IMG/VR virus record: IMGVR_UViG_3300019781_000017
Location: 1-63,629 of that record
DNA length: 63,629 bases
Direction: 5' to 3' (one strand)
Source of the DNA: a virus
Taxonomy: Duplodnaviria > Caudoviricetes
Positions within the stretch are counted from its first letter, which is position 1. The number at the start of each line of letters is the position of its first letter. The position numbers were made by a program, and so were the translations under genes. Shown here piece by piece: positions 1-6,376 of this stretch. The notes under the pieces were generated by a model. It did not search any database. It was not told the DNA's origin and worked only from the letters and a program-made list of their open reading frames with translations.

Positions 1-8
1 AAGAAAGA

Positions 9-135
9 GCCACTTTTTATGCAAAATGCATGTAATGCTAATGGTGCTATACTCTGAAATAATATGTTAATGTGTTAATATCCCCTATAGGGTTTAGGGT
101 TTGCTTTCTGTCTGTTGTTGTGTGTTATGCAGAAC
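9..135. repeat. 127-bp terminal direct repeat, left copy (identical to 63503-63629)
   Basis: gccactttttatgcaaaa...gttatgcagaac is identical at both ends. Confidence 0.95.
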
Positions 136-242
136 TACTGAAGCGTCATACTATCGCCCCTACCATGGATTCTAGAATGGGATACATCGAAATAATTGGC
201 GCAGCAGCCGGGGGAGGCAAAAATATCGATGCGCGAATTCAG

Positions 243-271
243 TTGTGATGCAGTAATGCCCACGCTATAAG
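243..271 (+). promoter_or_regulatory. sigma70-type promoter upstream of the candidate ncRNA
   Basis: TTGTGA-N17-TATAAG; gctataaggggtgcaa (264-279) matches gctaaaaggggtgcaa (6339-6354) in another predicted promoter at 15/16 positions. Confidence 0.6.
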
Positions 272-277
272 GGGTGC

Positions 278-800
278 AATGCTTCGGCGTTACTTGATAG
301 GTGCTGGATTTGCTTCTGCAGGGGCGGTTCAGAGCACTGGGCGGCAGTTCCCAGCATAGTGTCAGGTTGCGTTGGAGACTACCCTGACGGTTGGGGACTA
401 GGCCAGATAATTAACCGTCCGAGAATGTAGAACTAATTCAACTGGTTGTCGGTCGTAAGCCTGGCAACTGCAACCGACGGTTTGAGGACGCAGCTTGCTG
501 ATGTTAGTAGAACCGTCGGGAGCGCCGCAAGGCGTAGAGTGAAGCCTGATCAGCAGAACTCTAGGTATGGGTCGCACTATACCTCTGTCCGCGTCCCAAG
601 GGCAGCAAGACCACAGTTGGCGGCCGCTGGCTGTGGTCATTGGGATACGAATGTGTCCTTTGCTCAACTATGGGCAGTTCGCTGGATTAAAATTCAGTGC
701 GCTGCCCACACTTTCGTTGATGCAAGCTCCATACGCACCGCCCTACCCAAAGTGACCCGTAAACGGTCGGGAGGGGTGGCAGCTAGGGGCCGAGTTCGAC
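278..800 (+). ncRNA. candidate large structured non-coding RNA of unknown class
   Basis: more than 12 consecutive hairpins with many G-U pairs on the + strand, a c(UUCG)g loop at 282-287 and a GCAA loop at 527-530; no credible ORF; upstream promoter. Confidence 0.55.
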
Positions 801-804
801 TGAT

Positions 805-1131
805 TTAAGGCGATTTGCGCGCCTGCGTTAACCATATCCGTTAGGGTTAGGAAGCATCCTTAACGATGCGTTAACCATTCATCGCGTGGCGACGTTAACC
901 ATATCGATTAGTCTTACCGCGGCGTTAACCATTCGGATCTCCGATGGGTGACAGGTGTTGCATCTATGCAACAGCATAGCACTGGCCGCAATTGATTACC
1001 AAACATCATTAACATCTATCGGAGGGCGTTAACCTTAACGAATATGGTTAACAAACAGTTCATGAATGTTAACCATGTCTGTTAGGGTTAATGAACATGG
1101 TTAATGAAAGTCGAACGGATGTTAACCTTAA
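805..1131. promoter_or_regulatory. array of CtrA-like binding sites
   Basis: 15 TTAA tetramers, 7 TTAACCAT half-sites and one perfect TTAA-N7-TTAA (860-874) in a GC-rich genome. Confidence 0.6.
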
Positions 1132-1337
1132 CGCAGGCCGATACTGTTGCCCATCGACCACATCCGGCTAATCTTCGATATAAGGCCGATACAGGGGCGA
1201 TAGCGCGCTGCGCGACCTTACTACGAAAAAGAAAGTTTTGCGATTTCGAGTGTTTCCGAACTGAACTGGTATGATTCTTGCTACGCGGGCGGGTGCGCGC
1301 GCTGCTAAAGCGCCTTCCATTTGATGTGCGAATGTTA

Positions 1338-1366
1338 TTGATTTGTTAGTCCTCGGCGACTATACT
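1338..1366 (+). promoter_or_regulatory. sigma70-type early promoter
   Basis: TTGATT-N17-TATACT upstream of an AAGGAG RBS. Confidence 0.7.
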
Positions 1367-1391
1367 GGTGGAAGCAACAAGGAGACGCACT

Positions 1392-1523
1392 ATGTATTCG
1401 GAAATGGCTTACTTCGAGGGAAACCACTGCCAGCACGTCGCTGCCCGTGAGGAGCGCCTCCGCTTGCAGCGCATCCGCGCACAAGCAATCAAGGCACTCG
1501 ACCGTCGCTCGGTGCGCCGCTAA
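1392..1523 (+). CDS. 43-aa hypothetical protein (MYSEMAYFEG...), not in ORF track
   Basis: AAGGAG RBS; TAATG coupling to the next ORF. Confidence 0.7.
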   Translation: MYSEMAYFEGNHCQHVAAREERLRLQRIRAQAIKALDRRSVRR

Positions 1524-1666
1524 TGGAACCGCGGACCATCGGGCAGCTGATTAGCGGGTTCGGCGCCAAGGTGCTGGTCGCAGGGGTTGCGCTTTGGGTC
1601 GCAATCGAAGCGGTTGGCTACATCTCAACCCTGTTCGCGCAGATTAATTCTGCATTCGGGCAATAA
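1523..1666 (+). CDS. 47-aa single-TM membrane peptide, not in ORF track
   Basis: MEPRTIGQLISGFGAKVLVAGVALWVAIEAVGYISTLFAQINSAFGQ; translationally coupled. Confidence 0.65.
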   Translation: MEPRTIGQLISGFGAKVLVAGVALWVAIEAVGYISTLFAQINSAFGQ

Positions 1667-1765
1667 ATCGCAATTTTGTTGTAGACTTGTTAATCCCTAT
1701 CCCGTAGAAGCAAACAATGGAAGCGGGGCACTTCAGCATCCGCCCATAAGCAAAGGAAGCATACC

Positions 1766-2332
1766 ATGATCCAGTTCACCAAAGCTCAGCTGACCGAAGC
1801 CCTCACCCTCGCATCGGTCGCCATACCTCGCAAGGCGAATGTCGCTACCCTGACCGCCCTGCACGATGCGCTCCCCCTGGAGCAGCAGCTCTGCCCGCAC
1901 TGCGGCATCCACCTGTCCAATGGGGTCTATTGCGTGGATGACGAGCAGCATGTGGACGGTGGCAGCACTGGTCGCAGCTACCGCGATGCCAAGGACCCCG
2001 ACTTCGCAGCCGGTGCCAACGTCTGCATGGGTTGCGGGGAACACTTCGGTGATCCGGTCACCTACGAGGATGCCAAGCCCGATGCACACACCGGCACTGG
2101 GCTCAAGATTGAAAAGGACCGCCCTGAGCAGAACGGAATCAAGCGTCCGTCCGCAGGGGGTAAGTGCCGCGCAATCTGGGACGCCCTGGACGAGTATCGC
2201 GCAGAGACCGGCGAGTTGCCGACCTCCAAGACGGTCAAGGAGCTGGCGGCCGACAGCGGGTGGAACCCGAACAATGCGTCGATCGAATACTACCAGTGGC
2301 GCAAGTTCAACGGTATCGCTAAGGGCGCCTAA
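1766..2332 (+). CDS. hypothetical protein: Zn ribbon plus C-terminal EQNGI.RP...WRKF.G domain
   Basis: CPHC...CMGC; AAAGGA RBS; C-terminus paralogous to 48979-49539. Confidence 0.85.
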   Translation: MIQFTKAQLTEALTLASVAIPRKANVATLTALHDALPLEQQLCPHCGIHLSNGVYCVDDEQHVDGGSTGRSYRDAKDPDFAAGANVCMGCGEHFGDPVTYEDAKPDAHTGTGLKIEKDRPEQNGIKRPSAGGKCRAIWDALDEYRAETGELPTSKTVKELAADSGWNPNNASIEYYQWRKFNGIAKGA

Positions 2333-2354
2333 GCCCTAGCCTACCCCCGATATA

Positions 2355-2388
2355 GCGCACCCCCTGCCTGTGTAGGGGGTGCGTTGTC
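2355..2388 (+). terminator. GC-rich hairpin, putative terminator
   Basis: gcgcaccccct...agggggtgcgt directly after the stop; weak U tract. Confidence 0.5.
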
Positions 2389-2675
2389 GTGAGTGGCACA
2401 TGGATGGCGATGTGTATCCACATCCAACTGTGCAGGCCCCACAGCACAGCACAGAGGGCGATGTCGATGCGATGTCGAACGACGAAGAGGTTGATAGGGG
2501 TGGGGGTAGGACGGGATTTCATCCGATCGCCGATCGCATCCAGCAATTTTTACCCGGCCCCCATATCCCGAATGCATCTACTTCTTCAACGTGTTTTGTG
2601 CATCCTACCATTTCACTTGTAACGCTGCACGGCCTGCCCTATACCATTAGCAGCATCTGCTTACAGGAGTGTTCC

Positions 2676-2924
2676 ATGCCCAAGCCAATAATGCGCTTTC
2701 AGTCGTTCACCAAGTCCGGTCTCAATTGGGTTGAGGGTCGTGCTACCCTGCGCAACCTATGCGCCGCCATCCGCAACACTGAAAGCGTCTATTCGGACAT
2801 AGGCCTGTCGCGCAACGGCTATCGCCAGCGCACCCTCACCATCGGTGTTGGCTTCATGGGTCCGCGCGGTCTCTACCGCTGCACTTGGGGTCTGTATCTT
2901 GTATTCGGGCGCAAGGTGCGCTAA
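2676..2924 (+). CDS. hypothetical protein (MPKPIMRF...)
   Basis: CAGGAG RBS; promoter TTGTAA-N17-TATACC at 2617-2645. Confidence 0.7.
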   Translation: MPKPIMRFQSFTKSGLNWVEGRATLRNLCAAIRNTESVYSDIGLSRNGYRQRTLTIGVGFMGPRGLYRCTWGLYLVFGRKVR

Positions 2925-2970
2925 GCTAATTCAGCCAGATATTGTGGTCAAACAGGAAAGGAGTTGCGCG

Positions 2971-3396
2971 ATGCTATTCGAGGACAAGCCCAGGAAGGTC
3001 CACTTATTCAGGGACCAGGCCGGACGTAAGCAACGGCGCGGGCTGGGCAAGCTGGTGGACAACACCCTATGCGCGTCGAACCACGGCGACAACGGACTGC
3101 TCAAGACGGAAGACCCTCGGAAGGTCACGTGCAAGCGGTGCCTGAAGCTCATGGAGGACAGCCCGGTCGGCCAGCTCGAGGTTATGCTCACTGAAACGAG
3201 CAAGCATCTCGGTGAAGCGGAGGACTTGCTGGACCTTTACCGCCGACGCACCGAGCGCCTGGAGCGCACGCTGGGCTTCGCGCTTGATTCACTGGAGGAG
3301 CGCAGGCACGTTGTCGTTCACGTTCCGACGATGCTGAGTGTCGGCGAGCTGATTGAAGCTGTGCTGGCGGACAAGGTCAAGGAGCCCGAGCAATGA
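2971..3396 (+). CDS. hypothetical protein with VTCKRC Zn motif and coiled coil
   Basis: AAGGAG RBS; ATGA overlap with the next gene. Confidence 0.75.
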   Translation: MLFEDKPRKVHLFRDQAGRKQRRGLGKLVDNTLCASNHGDNGLLKTEDPRKVTCKRCLKLMEDSPVGQLEVMLTETSKHLGEAEDLLDLYRRRTERLERTLGFALDSLEERRHVVVHVPTMLSVGELIEAVLADKVKEPEQ

Positions 3397-3686
3397 GCCA
3401 CCCATTCCAGACAGCGTCGGACGTTCGGAAGCAACCCGAGCTCACCGAGCAGAACTACCTCGATTTGAGCCTGATCCAGCCGCTCACGGAGGCGCAAGCT
3501 GACGAATACTTCAACAAGCCTACGCTCACTGAGCAGTATCACGCCGAGCTGGCGAAGCTGCCCGCTGAAGCGCAGGACGTCTTCAGGCGCTACGACGCTA
3601 TGAAGAAGGTCCAGATTGACAACGCTTATGAGTCCGGGCGCCGCGAAGCGCACTACCGGCCTGGATACGGGGAGATGGGCGGATGA
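3393..3686 (+). CDS. hypothetical protein
   Basis: coupled ORF in the early operon. Confidence 0.7.
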   Translation: MSHPFQTASDVRKQPELTEQNYLDLSLIQPLTEAQADEYFNKPTLTEQYHAELAKLPAEAQDVFRRYDAMKKVQIDNAYESGRREAHYRPGYGEMGG

Positions 3687-3898
3687 CCTTGCAGATCTTT
3701 GAACAGCTTCACCCGGTCCCGCACGCGCAGAACCGCTTCCGCATCCTCGAAACCTACGAGTCCTGCGACGGAACGCGGACACGGGTGAGCGATAAGTCGT
3801 TTCCTACGTTCGACCGGGCGATGGATTTCGTGGATCCGAACCGGCCCAAGCCCCTGCACCGCCTGGAAGAGGATGATTCCGATGTGCGGGAAGGCTGA
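3683..3898 (+). CDS. hypothetical protein
   Basis: ATGA overlap; GGAG RBS. Confidence 0.65.
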   Translation: MTLQIFEQLHPVPHAQNRFRILETYESCDGTRTRVSDKSFPTFDRAMDFVDPNRPKPLHRLEEDDSDVREG

Positions 3899-4103
3899 AA
3901 AGCAGATACGCGCTGACTTGGACGCGACGGGGTTGCCCTATGCCATTGAACGCGGCACCCGTCACCTGAAAATCAAGCTGTGCGGATATTTGGTCGGGAT
4001 AATTCCGATGAAGGGTAAGGACAACGTCGGGGACAAGCGGACTTACTTCAACGTCCGCTCGCAGATACGGCGCAAAGCGAAGGAGTTGGCCGGTGAAAGC
4101 TGA
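3873..4103 (+). CDS. small basic protein, possibly HicA-like fold
   Basis: helix, then IERGTRHLKIKL (G.xH motif), then a C-terminal helix NVRSQIRR. Confidence 0.5.
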   Translation: MIPMCGKAEKQIRADLDATGLPYAIERGTRHLKIKLCGYLVGIIPMKGKDNVGDKRTYFNVRSQIRRKAKELAGES

Positions 4104-4314
4104 GGTAATCATTCCCGAGGGTCGGCAAGGCTGGTGGGGCGGTCCGGATACGCGACCCCGCTGCGCGAAATGCGACAAGGTCGTGTTCTTTGAGGAAGCA
4201 AAGGCGATCGCAGCCACCGAGAAGGCGGCGGCACGGGGTCAGCCTATGGTCCATTATCGGGGCAGGTGCGGGCACTTGCACGTCGCACGGCAAAGGGTTC
4301 GGAAGAATGGCTGA
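4093..4314 (+). CDS. hypothetical Zn-binding protein
   Basis: CAKC...YRGRCGHLH. Confidence 0.65.
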   Translation: MKAEVIIPEGRQGWWGGPDTRPRCAKCDKVVFFEEAKAIAATEKAAARGQPMVHYRGRCGHLHVARQRVRKNG

Positions 4315-4645
4315 AATCCCACACGATTCCCGACGCCAGATGGCTGCATTCCGGCGACCGTTCGACCTGCCTGTGCGATACGACGATTGCACGTGGCAGG
4401 AGCGGCGCGAGGTTCGCGAGGAATACATCATCGTCCAGAAGGGTCTGTGCTGGCACTGCAAAGAGTCGCTCCTGCACGACACGCTCGACGAATACAAGGC
4501 GCGCTTCCCGCTGGATCCGCGATTTTGGGGACCTGAGTTCCTGAAACATCCCGTTCACCTCCACCATGACCACAATACGGGCTTGACCGTCGGCGCTACA
4601 CATGCTTATTGCAATGCAGTTCTAGCGCAATACTACGGAGAATAA
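4307..4645 (+). CDS. endonuclease VII-like (His-Me finger) protein
   Basis: QKGLCWHC...LHHDHNTGLTVGATHAYCN. Confidence 0.7.
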   Translation: MAEIPHDSRRQMAAFRRPFDLPVRYDDCTWQERREVREEYIIVQKGLCWHCKESLLHDTLDEYKARFPLDPRFWGPEFLKHPVHLHHDHNTGLTVGATHAYCNAVLAQYYGE

Positions 4646-4646
4646 G

Positions 4647-5231
4647 ATGGACTCGCTAATATCCCTCGATGCACCTGACGACGTAAAGCGCGCGAAGGTT
4701 GACGAGCTCCACAAGAAGCTCACGCTCATGGGACGTGGCTGTGGCACCTGCCAAGCGTGCTGCACCATACTTCGGGTCGACATGGAGCCCGTTGCACCCG
4801 TCCACAAGCCCGAGCGGACTCGCTGTGGTCACCAGTGCAAGGCGGGGTGCAGCATCTACGACGCGAAGCCCGAATCTTGCTCGGTGTTCATGTGCCTGTG
4901 GCTTGCCATGGAGCTGTTTGACAACCGGATGCTCAAAGAGTGGCGCCCTGATAGGGTGGGCGCTGTGGTGGACGTCAACGAGGTCGGCACAATCACCGTT
5001 CACCTGAAGCACGAGAACGCTTGGCAGCGTGAGGGTGACCTCCGCGACATGCTGCTCTGGCTTGCGCAGGGGAAGTCCATGTTCGACCAGAATGTGTTCG
5101 TTGTCCTGGACCGTCCCAGCGGCAATCACCTTCTGTTCACCGCTATCGGAACGACGCAGGAGCTTGTCGCTTGCGGTGTCGGTCCCGATGGGTTGAAACA
5201 GTTCCGCACGAAGTATGAGGGAGAAGCGTAA
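4647..5231 (+). CDS. YkgJ-like CxxCxxCC cysteine-cluster protein
   Basis: CGTCQACC...C...CSIYDAKPESCSVFMCLW. Confidence 0.7.
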   Translation: MDSLISLDAPDDVKRAKVDELHKKLTLMGRGCGTCQACCTILRVDMEPVAPVHKPERTRCGHQCKAGCSIYDAKPESCSVFMCLWLAMELFDNRMLKEWRPDRVGAVVDVNEVGTITVHLKHENAWQREGDLRDMLLWLAQGKSMFDQNVFVVLDRPSGNHLLFTAIGTTQELVACGVGPDGLKQFRTKYEGEA

Positions 5232-5431
5232 TGGATATCATGGCACGAGCAGCGTTCCTGACGACGCAAGCGGCCTGCTGCCAGGCAAAGCTGATGGCTA
5301 TGTCCGAACAGAACGTGGCTGACCGCGCTGCCGGGCGTCCTGTCTCCTACCAGCCCGATGACTTCGAGTCTGCACCCGACCAGTTCGGTCTCGGGCACAA
5401 CGCTGCAATCGAATACCTCCGTGACTACTGA
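5231..5431 (+). CDS. hypothetical protein
   Basis: TAATG coupling. Confidence 0.65.
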   Translation: MDIMARAAFLTTQAACCQAKLMAMSEQNVADRAAGRPVSYQPDDFESAPDQFGLGHNAAIEYLRDY

Positions 5432-5870
5432 ATTCCGCCCGCACCTATCCCCTAGCGAAATGCTTGAGATGGGGGTGTTCGGTGGCAGCTACTTTCACGA
5501 CGCTACAGACGGCGACCTGCTCGGGCTGGGGGCCGCTACAGCGCTGGCGCACGCTAACCGCGACCCGTATGACAAGCGCAAGAACTACTATGAGGCGCGC
5601 GCTGGGGAAAGCTATGCGCAGTGGATGCAAAACGGATGGATCTTCCCTGAAGACCCGCTCGGATGGTTCCACTGGTATTGCCGCTGGCACGCGGGTCGGA
5701 GGCACGAGCGCGATGAGCACCAGATGCGCCGCTGGATCAACTATAAGCGCTGGGCGCGGGTTGCGCGCACGCAAGCGTTCACGAAGGGTGACGCATCGCT
5801 TGTCGTGAAGCAAGGGTTGCTCCAGTGGGCTTATAGTCCAATGCAGGTTATTCACGGGGAGGATATGTGA
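5421..5870 (+). CDS. uncharacterised protein with GVFGGxY / DPxGWFxWYCR motifs
   Basis: motif-rich ORF; GTG start inferred. Confidence 0.7.
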   Translation: MTTEFRPHLSPSEMLEMGVFGGSYFHDATDGDLLGLGAATALAHANRDPYDKRKNYYEARAGESYAQWMQNGWIFPEDPLGWFHWYCRWHAGRRHERDEHQMRRWINYKRWARVARTQAFTKGDASLVVKQGLLQWAYSPMQVIHGEDM

Positions 5871-6304
5871 CACCTGACGAAATCAAGAGCTTTGGAAAGC
5901 TATTGAGGCTTCTTGCCAGCGACCAGTCAGGTGAGCGCGCTGTAGCTGCTCTGAAGGCGACCAAGTTCCTAAAGGACCGGAATCTCGACTGGCATGACGT
6001 CGTTGAGATGCTCGCCAAACCTCAGCCAGCTCCGCAACCTCCACCAGGCCCACGACCTTCGTATCAATATCATGCTAGGCCTAATCCTTATGCCAGGCAG
6101 TGGGCTCCGCCACCTCCACCCCCTTCGGGCAATAGCATCGACCACATGGACGCCGCGTGCGCTTGCCTCACACTGTTCAACTATTGGACTGCGAAGGAAG
6201 AGGACTTTCTTCTTGACATGCAAGATGTCGCATGGCCGACACAGAAGCAACTCAAGTGGCTTAAATCCCTCTATGAGCGCTATTTGCGTGAAATGGCGAA
6301 CTAG
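5867..6304 (+). CDS. hypothetical protein with Pro-rich linker
   Basis: GGAGG RBS; GTGA overlap. Confidence 0.7.
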   Translation: MTPDEIKSFGKLLRLLASDQSGERAVAALKATKFLKDRNLDWHDVVEMLAKPQPAPQPPPGPRPSYQYHARPNPYARQWAPPPPPPSGNSIDHMDAACACLTLFNYWTAKEEDFLLDMQDVAWPTQKQLKWLKSLYERYLREMAN

Positions 6305-6376
6305 ATGCACGAATTCGCTTGCGGTAGTTCACCCATCCGCTAAAAGGGGTGCAACAGCAACGCACAGGAGCTTAAC

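Noticed and set aside
86-105. Telomere-like TTTAGGG/TTAGGG repeats (also at 841 and 1082)
   Set aside because: Only one or two copies each; those at 841 and 1082 belong to the TTAA-array unit.
765-805. tRNA- or tmRNA-like end suggested by GTTCGA near 794
   Set aside because: No T-stem, acceptor stem, cloverleaf or CCA can be built around it.
398-808. ORFs 446-808 (+), 567-755 (+) and 398-667 (-) as protein genes
   Set aside because: No convincing RBS, atypical composition and no motifs; the region is better explained by RNA structure.
805-1131. CRISPR or mini-CRISPR array
   Set aside because: Units are short, degenerate, in both orientations and irregularly spaced, with no repeat-spacer period.
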